Below, piece after piece: positions 21,989 to 32,497 of a stretch of 35,554 bases of DNA. A program made the position numbers and the translations under genes. The notes beneath the pieces were generated by a model. The model did no database searches and was not told the origin of the DNA. It saw only the letters and a list, made by a program, of their open reading frames with translations. The number at the start of each line of letters is the position of its first letter. Within the stretch, counting starts at the first letter, position 1. Source of the DNA: Octopus bimaculoides (Eukaryota); contig NC_068991.1 in assembly GCF_001194135.2 (NCBI RefSeq), positions 55,257,879 to 55,293,432 on the forward strand, read 5' to 3'.

Positions 21989-22125
21989 CTTCAATAGTTA
22001 TGTGAGACTTATCTAAAATTAAATAAAATTAAAAAAAAGTTCAATACAAATGAAGTAGAGAGGACATTTGCTGCTGTTTTTCAAACATTCTTAACTTACA
22101 AAAACCATTAACATAAAATATTCTC

Positions 22126-22567
22126 AGATGCAGTTGTGGATGTGTGGTTAAGTTTGCTACCCAGTCATAGTGGTCTTGGGTTCAGTCCCACTGCATTGAA
22201 CCTTGGGCAAGTGCCTTGTCCTATAGTGCCAAGCCAATCAAAGTTTGTGAGTGGATTTGATAGATGAAAACTTAAAGGAAGTTGGTCATAGAATATCACT
22301 GTCATCATTAAACATCTCAGTGAGTGTGTGTGTTTGTGTGTTTGCACCTGTGTATTTGTGTGTACCTTTTGCTTGTCATTACATGATGGTTGTAAACAAG
22401 CATTCTCATCACACAAGCAAGGTTGTTTATTGTCAGTCTTCTAGTCTTGGGAAATACTACCTTGCTTGGGAAATAATTGAGGGCTGGAAATAAGAAGAGC
22501 ATTTGGTAGTAGAAAATCTGCTTCAACAAATTCCATCTGACCCATGTGAGCATTCAATGATGATGAT
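22126..22567 (+). mobile_element. Old SINE with a 6762-family head and an RTE-like tail ending in (ATG)n
   Basis: The head and CORE-like part (GGGTTCAGTCCCACTGC...CCTTGGGCAAGTG) are as in the 6762 family; the 3' part GTAGAAAATCTGC...GACCCATG...ATGATGATG parallels the RTE end at 2920-3056. Confidence 0.65.
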
Positions 22568-22777
22568 TCCGAGATTTGCATTCTTTAAAACAGGATTAAA
22601 ATCAACTAAAACATGAAAAACAATTGTGAAATTACCTGATCATCTGTAACAGGTTGTAAAATTACACTACTACTAAAATAGCTTTTGAACTGTTCAAATA
22701 GTAAATTCACCCAAGGCACCAAGTTCTATCCCTTTTGTCTTTGTATTAACCATTTGGTTACCATATTTCTGTACATT

Positions 22778-22994
22778 TGAGTGGGTGCTGAAAAGTTCTT
22801 AGCTTTCGGTAAAAGAAAATACAGGAGGATCAGTTAATTATGATTTTATTCAACATATTTCCATCTCTGATTTTCACACACATTGCAGTGGACCTTCAGT
22901 TTTTCTAAGTCCTGTAAAAGAACCCAGAAGTTTGAGCCTCAAAGCAAGCCTTTCATGAAACCCTTAAAGCTAAGAATTTTCAGCACCCCTTCTT
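22778..22994. mobile_element. mariner-type MITE
   Basis: GAGTGGGTGCTGAAAAGTTCTTAGCTTT versus AAAGCTAAGAATTTTCAGCACCCCT(T)C inverted ends. Confidence 0.7.
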
Positions 22995-23023
22995 ATGGTA
23001 GCAAAATGTATATATACATTGCA

Positions 23024-23163
23024 TTTATATTATTTACAGTTGACAGATATTTGTCCTCATCTTGTTTGTTGTTAACACGTTTCAGCTGATATACCCTCCA
23101 GCCTTCATCAGGTGTCTTGGGGAAATTTCGAACCTGGGTTCTCATTCCTAAGGTATTTTTTGA

Positions 23164-23200
<37 letters not shown>

Positions 23201-23335
23201 TAGGTCACTGCTTGGAATCGAACTCAAAATTTCCCCAAGACACCTGATGAAGGATGGAGGGTATATCAGCCGAAACGTTGTGTTAACAACAAACAAGATA
23301 AGGACAAATATCCGTCAATTATAAATAATGTACAT
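23024..23335. mobile_element. Inverted pair of Penelope-type pseudo-LTR segments around (TTA)n, each with a hammerhead-like motif
   Basis: Arms ~23024-23130 and ~23225-23335 are reverse complements; the right arm reads GACAC-CTGATGA-A-GGATG..CAGCC-GAAAC-GTT-GTGTT. Confidence 0.75.
23239..23284 (+). ncRNA. Minimal type-I hammerhead ribozyme-like motif (family 1)
   Basis: Stem I ACAC/GTGT, core CUGAUGA(A), stem II GG(A/C)UG/CAGCC, GAAA, palindromic AACGUU stem III, GUU site. Confidence 0.6.
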
Positions 23336-23790
23336 AATTCCTCATCTCTTAAACATAGAACTACATTGCATTTGTTTTACATTTGACACTGATAAAGAGT
23401 ATATTAAAACACTTTTGTCATTATCTAACTAATATTTGGAATAAAAATTAGCATGGAAGTTTGATGGGAGATTTTAGTTAAGATCATTTTAAAATGTGAA
23501 TTTGGAACAGTCTCAAATGGGTTGATATGAAAAGGCTTAAACATTTTCCCACAGTTCTTCCTTCCCACAACTTTATGGTGGAAATTGTTTTCTGACCACA
23601 TATTCCTTACACATAATAACCTTTAAAAGTTCAGTGAACATACATAAATATAACTGGTCTAAGTATGTAAGCAAGCTGATAAAAGATATGACCTACTTCC
23701 ACAGACTAAATATTAGCTGACCTTGGAAGGTTCTAAAATTTAGTGAAGGCTATCTTCCTCTAATTCAAAAGAGGCATTAATGGATACCAT

Positions 23791-23935
23791 GACAGTATGT
23801 GTGGTCTGGTGGTTATGATGTTTGACTCATGGTCTTCAACTCATGGGTTCAATTCCTGCGCTTGTCAGCATGTTGTGTCATTGAGCAAGATACATTAATT
23901 TCAAGCTGTCCTAGTTGTACTGAGTATCAGCCAGG
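23791..23935 (+). mobile_element. Degraded CORE-like SINE fragment
   Basis: GTGGTCTGGTGGTTA...GGGTTCAATTCC...TGTGTCATTGAGCAAGATAC. Confidence 0.55.
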
Positions 23936-24599
23936 GATATTGTTGGTGCAGCTGTCTCTACCTTCAGCTTTCATATCCTGGACGTTTCCCAGAATTAAAG
24001 GTGAGAGGTCCAAAAGAGCATCGATGTCTGTTCATAGTTATACAGGCACCTTAAACAATTAGCAAGAGCATGGTACATATTACCAAATCAAACCAAATCA
24101 AACCAAACTCAAGAATGATGGTTAGAGAAGGTAAAGAGGCAAGACGTAAAGAGATGAATCGGCCTCACATGAAACAAATATAGATGTAAGTGCTCTTGAA
24201 CAAGAAATAATGCTGGAAGTGGTGGGGGCTTTTCTCTTTTCCCTCTTTTTCCATCCCCATAACTTAGCAATTCAAAAAAGAGACTGTCAGACTATGTATC
24301 AATCTTGAAAAAACAAACAAAAAAAAACTAAGTACTGAGGTTGATTTGCTTGATTAAACTTTTGAAGTTGGTGCCCCACACTCCACCCATGCTTTCCCCA
24401 CCTCCCAACACCCTCACATCACACCATGCTACACCATATCACATAACACATCACTTCACAACACACCACCACGCACACACTAGCACTGACCAATTCCCTT
24501 CCCCACATTTTCACACCTTCAAACCTACATACACATATGCATACGTTAAGATCACCAGCATTCTCTCACACACACGCAGCTTCTCGTCTTGGGTTCACC

Positions 24600-24756
24600 A
24601 CTTCTTTGTTATCTCCTCTTTTTCTTAGCTCTCCTGTGTGATCCTTCTGTGTTTCTTTCAGTTGAAGAGCATAGGCTCGAAACGTCAAAGACTTTCTCTA
24701 TTCCCGAGCGTTAAACTAATACATTCATTTGTTGTTTACACCACCTGTCTTCGTCT
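24600..24756 (+). mobile_element. Penelope-type pseudo-LTR fragment (family 2) with a degenerate hammerhead-like motif at 24655-24690
   Basis: CTTT-CAGTTGA-A-GAGC-ATAG-GCTC-GAAAC-GTC-AAAG; an inverted-orientation relative lies at 34365-34510. Confidence 0.6.
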
Positions 24757-26000
24757 NNNNNNNNNNNNNNNNNNNNNNNNNNNNNNNNNNNNNNNNNNNN
24801 NNNNNNNNNNNNNNNNNNNNNNNNNNNNNNNNNNNNNNNNNNNNNNNNNNNNNNNNNNNNNNNNNNNNNNNNNNNNNNNNNNNNNNNNNNNNNNNNNNNN
24901 NNNNNNNNNNNNNNNNNNNNNNNNNNNNNNNNNNNNNNNNNNNNNNNNNNNNNNNNNNNNNNNNNNNNNNNNNNNNNNNNNNNNNNNNNNATATATATAT
25001 ATATATATATATATACACCAACGCTTAGTTTAGAATAGGGGCAGTTGATGAAGGAAATATTCTCTATGTGGCCTGCTTGTTTTCTGTGCACTGTTTATGT
25101 TCTGTTTTTCATTTTGTCCACGTTTTTTTGTGACTTTCTGTACCCAAATATGCATCTATATATACATGTAGATGTAGGTATGTACATACATGTACGTATA
25201 TATGCATATACTCACATATTATTTGTACATATACATATATATACATACATATATACACATATATACATACATATATATACATACACACACACACACACAT
25301 ATATACATACATATATATACATACACACACACACACATATATACATACATATATATACATACACACACACACACACACATATACANNNNNNNNNNNNNNN
25401 NNNNNNNNNNNNNNNNNNNNNNNNNNNNNNNNNNNNNNNNNNNNNNNNNNNNNNNNNNNNNNNNNNNNNNNNNNNNNNNNNNNNNNNNNNNNNNNNNNNN
25501 NNNNNNNNNNNNNNNNNNNNNNNNNNNNNNNNNNNNNNNNNNNNNNNNNNNNNNNNNNNNNNNNNNNNNNNNNNNNNNNNNNNNNNNNNNNNNNNNNNNN
25601 NNNNNNNNNNNNNNNNNNNNNNNNNNNNNNNNNNNNNNNNNNNNNNNNNNNNNNNNNNNNNNNNNNNNNNNNNNNNNNNNNNNNNNNNNNNNNNNNNNNN
25701 NNNNNNNNNNNNNNNNNNNNNNNNNNNNNNNNNNNNNNNNNNNNNNNNNNNNNNNNNNNNNNNNNNNNNNNNNNNNNNNNNNNNNNNNNNNNNNNNNNNN
25801 NNNNNNNNNNNNNNNNNNNNNNNNNNNNNNNNNNNNNNNNNNNNNNNNNNNNNNNNNNNNNNNNNNNNNNNNNNNNNNNNNNNNNNNNNNNNNNNNNNNN
25901 NNNNNNNNNNNNNNNNNNNNNNNNNNNNNNNNNNNNNNNNNNNNNNNNNNNNNNNNNNNNNNNNNNNNNNNNNNNNNNNNNNNNNNNNNNNNNNNNNNNN
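24757..26000. other. Two assembly gaps (24757-24990, 25386-26000) bounded by (TA)/(CA) microsatellites
   Basis: N runs visible in the sequence. Confidence 0.99.
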
Positions 26001-27153
26001 NATATATATATATATATATATATATTAGAAATGTTCAATATCTTACCAAAATCATATCAGCTATGCAAATGGTCGTCCCTAAACACATTAAAAACATTGT
26101 ATGATAATCTCATTACTCTCTCTGAAATTTCTCGTCCTTCTCTTTGAGTATATAAAAACAAGACCTGCTATATATATAAATTCGTTTTTTTAAAACCCCT
26201 AAACTGCATGTTATACACATAAAGAATACATTTTTATCAAAGTGCTAAAAGAGGCACGCCTCTTCCTTTCTCTTCGTATTTCTTTGGTTGCCCTACATAC
26301 AAAGTTTGACATACATGTGAAGAAATTGATAAAATTTAAATGTTTACCTGTTGAGGTTTGTATTACCGTTCTATTGCCACACAGGAAAATATGGTGGGTA
26401 AAAATTTCTTTTAAAAATGCAGATGTCAGTCACAATTATAACAGATTGGTGGGTAGAATAATCGATAGTGCTTACGGATGTGACAGAAAAGAAATTTATA
26501 AAACGCTGTATCAAAGCAGGAAATATAGCGTATACTATTACGTTGTTTGTATCTGTCTACATATATTACGTATACTTTTCAATTGAAAAGAAAAATACAA
26601 TACACAACACATGCGCACGCATGTTACCTTTACATACACCCATTACATTATTCTCATTTATACCTTTGTATGTATCTATGTACATACGTATATATTCATG
26701 TGTGTGTGTGAGAGAGTGTGTGTGGTTTGTCTCAAACGCAAAGTTGCTTTGACAATCGCTACTGTTTCATTTCTTTTTTTAACTATAAAGGCTGACTACA
26801 ATCACGATAACGGAATGTAAAACGTTAAGGTTATTTATTTATTCACGTGTTCATATCCGGTTAGAGCAATCATTGCCTTTAATCCTAGCGTTGCCAATTG
26901 TCGGTTTAAAATTACTATAAGGTCTCCTACGATGTTGAAATAAAAGGCTGGTCAAGAAATAGAAGAGAACTAGCTAATTTGATGCTGGCGTACACATCGA
27001 AACGATTGCACATATTTACTATTCAAAAACACATCAAACTGTTAAACTTCACATTTATTATATGGTGTCAAAAATTTCGACACATTAACTGCAGTTTATC
27101 ACTGAAGGGATTCAACTGGAGTCATTATCTTTTAAAATGGCTATGTGTCTTCC

Positions 27154-27465
27154 GTGAAGGCGCGGGTTTAGTCGTTAGAGTATTCGGCTGACGATGGTAA
27201 GGTCGTGAGCTCAATTCTCGGCGACGCGTTGTGTCCTTGAGCAAGATATTTTACTTCACGTTGCTACAGTCCACTCAACTGGCAAAAATGAGTAATACTT
27301 GTACTTCAAAGGGCTAGCCTTGTCACACGCTGTGTCATGCAGAATCTCCCCGAGAACTACACGTGTGTGTGTGGTGTTCAGCCATTTACAAGTTAATTTC
27401 ACGAGCAGGCTCTTCCGTTGATATGATCAACTGGAACCCTCGTCGTCTTAACCGAAAGAGTACCA
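27154..27465 (+). mobile_element. tRNA-derived SINE (head B, CORE-like body, tail T) with a 14-bp TSD
   Basis: TSD G(C/T)TATGTGTCTTCC at 27140-27153 and 27466-27479; CORE-like TGTGTCCTTGAGCAAGA; tail shared with 19975-20160. Confidence 0.9.
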
Positions 27466-27526
27466 GTTATGTGTCTTCCACGCTGCAGTCGCTGTAGTTT
27501 CAACACACACTCTTTAAGCAACTCAC

Positions 27527-27610
27527 CTTCCTGGTAAATACAGCACAGAAATTCCCTGAATCAAAAAGTTTTAATAGACTAAAGATACCTCTTATTGAGA
27601 GGTGTGTAGT
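27527..27610 (-). other. Probable non-coding first exon of the MS4A-like gene
   Basis: Strong donor AAG|gtgagt (27521-27526), no ATG, and a start ~25 nt after a TATA box at an Inr-like TTCACT. Linkage to the exon at 22012 is inferred. Confidence 0.6.
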
Positions 27611-27626
27611 GAACTTCCTCTCTCTA

Positions 27627-27767
27627 TTATATATATACGAACGTAGCAGGTAACAGCTAACTTTTAGGCGCTGTTTTGGACCCCGTTGTTTCTACCACTC
27701 AGATTGGTTGGTATTGGCGCAATTTGTCTCTTACTCCATCGCGCGCCAATATGTAACCCAACCAATC
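27627..27767 (-). promoter_or_regulatory. Pol II promoter: TATA box plus four CCAAT boxes in mirror arrangement
   Basis: TATATAA (reverse complement of 27627-27633); ATTGG at 27703 and 27713; CCAAT at 27746 and 27762. Confidence 0.6.
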
Positions 27768-28399
27768 GCAGCCTCCAAATAAATCATGTGAGACAGTCTG
27801 TTTTAAACTGCATTTGAGCCTACTGTTAGTTATAAAAACTCACCTCCTGCTAGCCTCGAAGTCTGTTGGTTCCAGACCTTCTAAGGTCTAACCACTGACA
27901 TACAGTGACCTCCATCGTCACAGCACCAACACACTGCACTGGTTCTAACATATCGCTGTTCGTGAGCTTTCATCACCAGGGTTAACAATTAACATACAAC
28001 CCACGCAGATGCATGTAGATATACGAATAAATGTACATCAACCACTTCCATTTATCATTCAGTTTGTGTATATGCACGTGTGGCCGGCATTAAAGACATT
28101 TAAAGTTACCACCTTGTTCCATGTATTTCTTTATACCGGGTTTCCTGGCAAATGATATTACAGCCTTCTGAGTAGAGTCACATTAGATGGCTCAACAACC
28201 ATATCCATCTGAAGGTGAAAAATGCTTTAGGCTGATGCTTAATTTTGATGAGGAGATATTTTATTGGTTCACTACACTCAACGCATTAAAATCAACTTAA
28301 CTATTGATTTTAACAAAAAGATACATCCCCAGGAAATTGTTCTTCTTAGTTAGATGTCAAGGTGTCACATTTATTAATATTTATTGTAATCTTACTCCT

Positions 28400-28690
28400 C
28401 ATCATCATTTAATACCAGTTTTCCATACTGGCATGGGTTGGACGGTCTGACCGGCACACCATGTCTGTTTTGATATGGTTTCTACAGCTGGATATGCTCC
28501 TCCTAACGTCAACCACTTTACAGCATGTACTTTATAAGTGGCACCAACATCAGTACTTTTTACATCGCTCCAGCATCGGTGCTTTTTATGTGGCACCATA
28601 ATCGACAAGGTCACCAAGTATCTTGCAAAACAAGACCCCCCCCCACTGGGATGTGGACTATGGGGGTGGCACAAAGCCACCCCACATTAA
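28400..28690 (-). mobile_element. RTE 3'-end fragment or RTE-tailed non-autonomous element
   Basis: The reverse complement ends ACCGTCCAACCCATGCCAGTATGGAAAACTGGTATTAAATGATGATG, matching 2990-3040. Confidence 0.8.
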
Positions 28691-28961
28691 AAGTAAAAAG
28701 GGACAGAGATAGATGTCTTACTGTAGAGTAAATACATAAATATCCCAGTTGGAAAAGAAAAGAGAACGATAGTGAGAGAGATTGTGGTGAAAATATGTTA
28801 GGAAATGCCCTCGAGGGACATTGAAGATCGTGAAAATAAGTGAGGTGATACAGAAGTTTGAATTGGGTGGGTGGATTGGATAGGAGTGATTCTAGCAAAT
28901 GATGGAGGGTGCAGGTTTCTAGTTCTGTTACAGAATCTGGTCAACAGGTTCATAACAGAAG

Positions 28962-31774
28962 TGTAGTGAAACTACCTACCGCCATTAGATACAAAACTGC
29001 TATCGCCATTCTTCTCATTTGAATATAAACAAACGCGGACGTAGCGGAAAACATCAACCTTGTCATCACGTGACTGATTATTATTTGAAGCGGCAAATTC
29101 TTCGAACCTTTCCCGCCAGAACGCAAACTGACCAATCACAGCCCTTAATAAGGTCACGTGATAGTGTTTTCCTACTACCGTCTTTGAGCCCCCTTAACGC
29201 CTTAAATAGAGCAACTCATACCCAACAAATTTGTCTCGGTTCAGTTTCTCTTAGAGACTGTTCCGTGTACNNNNNNNNNNNNNNNNNNNNNNNNNNNNNN
29301 NNNNNNNNNNNNNNNNNNNNNNNNNNNNNNNNNNNNNNNNNNNNNNNNNNNNNNNNNNNNNNNNNNNNNNNNNNNNNNNNNNNNNNNNNNNNNNNNNNNN
29401 NNNNNNNNNNNNNNNNNNNNNNNNNNNNNNNNNNNNNNNNNNNNNNNNNNNNNNNNNNNNNNNNNNNNNNNNNNNNNNNNNNNNNNNNNNNNNNNNNNNN
29501 NNNNNNNNNNNNNNNNNNNNNNNNNNNNNNNNNNNNNNNNNNNNNNNNNNNNNNNNNNNNNNNNNNNNNNNNNNNNNNNNNNNNNNNNNNNNNNNNNNNN
29601 NNNNNNNNNNNNNNNNNNNNNNNNNNNNNNNNNNNNNNNNNNNNNNNNNNNNNNNNNNNNNNNNNNNNNNNNNNNNNNNNNNNNNNNNNNNNNNNNNNNN
29701 NNNNNNNNNNNNNNNNNNNNNNNNNNNNNNNNNNNNNNNNNNNNNNNNNNNNNNNNNNNNNNNNNNNNNNNNNNNNNNNNNNNNNNNNNNNNNNNNNNNN
29801 NNNNNNNNNNNNNNNNNNNNNNNNNNNNNNNNNNNNNNNNNNNNNNNNNNNNNNNNNNNNNNNNNNNNNNNNNNNNNNGCCAAAACACAACTAGTGATAA
29901 GCTCTGTCAAACGACGAACATCTGTATAACAAGAATCACGGCCCGGCATCGATGCCACGACATCATAACTAGTGATCAGCTCTGCCACACTCAGCCTCCT
30001 CACTTTCACATACAGAACTTTTCCTATAGTGTACTAAAGAACTGGTATAATTGCTCACGTGTTATTGACTCTCTTTCTATCTGCTGTAAACACTCATACA
30101 CATACATACTTTTCTTTATACGGCGGCCTGTCTTTGATTATGTTCTTATATGTCGCATTCAAACTCTCACACAGACATACATCTTTAACGCTACAATAAA
30201 TATCTCTGTTATTCATCTAATACGGTTGTGGTCTTTCATTACTGGTCCTCTATGTTATCGTCGTATAACATATCATGTATATCATAATTGATATATATAA
30301 TTGTGTTCGACCGTGTGACACGTTTAAGTAAAAGGAGTCCTCTGTTTTTCCATTCGTCACCATTTCTCCTTTTTGAGTTCGCACGGTCGTTCCTTACAAT
30401 TGGTGACCCGCACGGTCGTTTCCTTTACAATTGGTGACCCCCGACGTTGATTCGTTCATACAGCCCTTCTGATCTGTACAGCCCAACGTGAAAAGTTCAC
30501 ATAACTTTTCCAAAAATGGTGACTAAATGCCAGTAATAGACCAACCGTTCTATAAGTCTTTTTCACTACATCTTTTTTTTATTTCGTCTGTTTGTCTTCG
30601 ACAAACCGACTGGTGCGAGGCTAGTGTATTGAAACTACCTACCGCCATTAGATACAAAACTGCTATCACCATTCTTCTCATTTAAATATAAACAAACGCG
30701 GACGTAGCGGAAAACATCAACCTTGTCATCACGTGACTNNNNNNNNNNNNNNNNNNNNNNNNNNNNNNNNNNNNNNNNNNNNNNNNNNNNNNNNNNNNNN
30801 NNNNNNNNNNNNNNNNNNNNNNNNNNNNNNNNNNNNNNNNNNNNNNNNNNNNNNNNNNNNNNNNNNNNNNNNNNNNNNNNNNNNNNNNNNNNNNNNNNNN
30901 NNNNNNNNNNNNNNNNNNNNNNNNNNNNNNNNNNNNNNNNNNNNNNNNNNNNNNNNNNNNNNNNNNNNNNNNNNNNNNNNNNNNNNNNNNNNNNNNNNNN
31001 NNNNNNNNNNNNNNNNNNNNNNNNNNNNNNNNNNNNNNNNNNNNNNNNNNNNNNNNNNNNNNNNNNNNNNNNNNNNNNNNNNNNNNNNNNNNNNNNNNNN
31101 NNNNNNNNNNNNNNNNNNNNNNNNNNNNNNNNNNNNNNNNNNNNNNNNNNNNNNNNNNNNNNNNNNNNNNNNNNNNNNNNNNNNNNNNNNNNNNNNNNNN
31201 NNNNNNNNNNNNNNNNNNNNNNNNNNNNNNNNNNNNNNNNNNNNNNNNNNNNNNNNNNNNNNNNNNNNNNNNNNNNNNNNNNNNNNNNNNNNNNNNNNNN
31301 NNNNNNNNNNNNNNNNNNNNNNNNNNNNNNNNNNNNNNNNNNNNNNNNNNNNNNNNNNNNNNNNNNNNNNNNNNNNNNNNNNNNNNNNNNNNNNNNNNNN
31401 NNNNNNNNNNNNNNNNNNNNGACTCATACTATTGGGTACACAAGAACTGGTATAAAATGCTCACGTGTTATTTACTGACTCTTTCTATCTGCTGTAATAA
31501 TTCACATACACACACATGTATCACTCACATACATACTTTTCTTTGTACGACGGCCTGTCTTTGATTATGTTCTTATATGTCGCATTCACACTCTCACATA
31601 GACATACACTTTAATGCCATAATAAATATCTCTGTTATTCATCTTATACGGTGGTGGTCTTTCATTACTGGTCATCTATGTTATCGTAGCATAACATATG
31701 TATATCATCATTTGATATATTATTTTGTGTTCGACTGTGTGACACGTTGTAAATAAAAGGAGTCCTCTGTTTTT
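28962..31774 (+). mobile_element. Non-autonomous LTR retroelement: LTR1 (28962-~30398/30429), PBS-Trp, ~200-bp internal region, LTR2 (30625-~31774, 3'-truncated)
   Basis: Both repeats start TGTA(G/T)TGAAACTACC (3 mismatches in the first 114 bp). LTR1 ends TTACA followed by TGGTGACCCC(C)GACGT(T)GATTCG. The 3' parts (~30030-30350 vs ~31440-31774) are homologous. Both LTRs contain N gaps (29271-29878, 30739-31420). Confidence 0.8.
30432..30454 (+). promoter_or_regulatory. Primer-binding site complementary to the 3' end of tRNA-Trp
   Basis: TGGTGACCCCCGACGTTGATTCG versus the expected TGGTGACCCCGACGTGATTCG (2 single-base insertions), 2 nt after the LTR-terminal CA. Confidence 0.8.
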
Positions 31775-32037
31775 GATTTGTTTTTAAAAAATCAGATATA
31801 AGTATGTATGTACGTATGTATGTATGTATGTATGTATGTATGTATGTAGGTATGTAAGTATGTATGTGCGTGCGTGTGCGTCTTTGTGTTTAATAGTTAT
31901 TGCTCTTAAATAGAATATATTTGGGTTTTCTCTCTATTCATGGTTATAGTATTTTTGTAAGTTGTAGTTGACACATTCATCAACGACATCTTAGATACAT
32001 AAATACACACACAAACACAAACACACACACACGCACA

Positions 32038-32379
32038 AAGGGTAAAGACTCCCCCCTTCGGTTATGAATGACCATGGGATTGCACCTAAAAAGTTCCTCT
32101 CCGAGGCACAAGTCTGGGCAAGTTTGTTTATGGAAGACCAGCAGTCACCCATGTATACCAGCTTCCCTTTTCCATGCCACCCATGTCATTCAAAGGAAAA
32201 GCAAAAGTCGATACAGCTTGGCACCAGTGACGTCGCAACTCATTTCTACAGCTAAGTGAACCGGGATAAAGTGAAAAATAATGTGTCTTGTTCAAGAACA
32301 CAACACACACCCGGTCCGGGAATCGAACTCACAATCTCATGATTGTGAGCTCGACGCTCTAACCACTGAGCCATGCGTC

Positions 32380-32384
<5 letters not shown>
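32038..32384 (-). mobile_element. tRNA-derived CORE-like SINE with a further distinct tail
   Basis: The reverse complement starts GTGAAGACGCATGGCTCAGTGGTTAGAGC with a B-box GAGTTCGATTCCC, then TGTGTTCTTGAACAAGACAC. Confidence 0.88.
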
Positions 32385-32417
<33 letters not shown>

Positions 32418-32497
32418 TACACTCACGCACGCACACATATACACACACAGGCACGCGCACACACACGGGCACGCGAACACACACACACACACAAAAG

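Noticed and set aside
26242-26586. 114-aa ORF in intron 1
   Set aside because: It has a GTG start, no recognisable motif and no splice signals, and it is antisense within the intron.
24638-31478. Long ORFs of 100-327 aa in the ORF track
   Set aside because: These are artefacts of N runs and (TA)/(CA) microsatellites.
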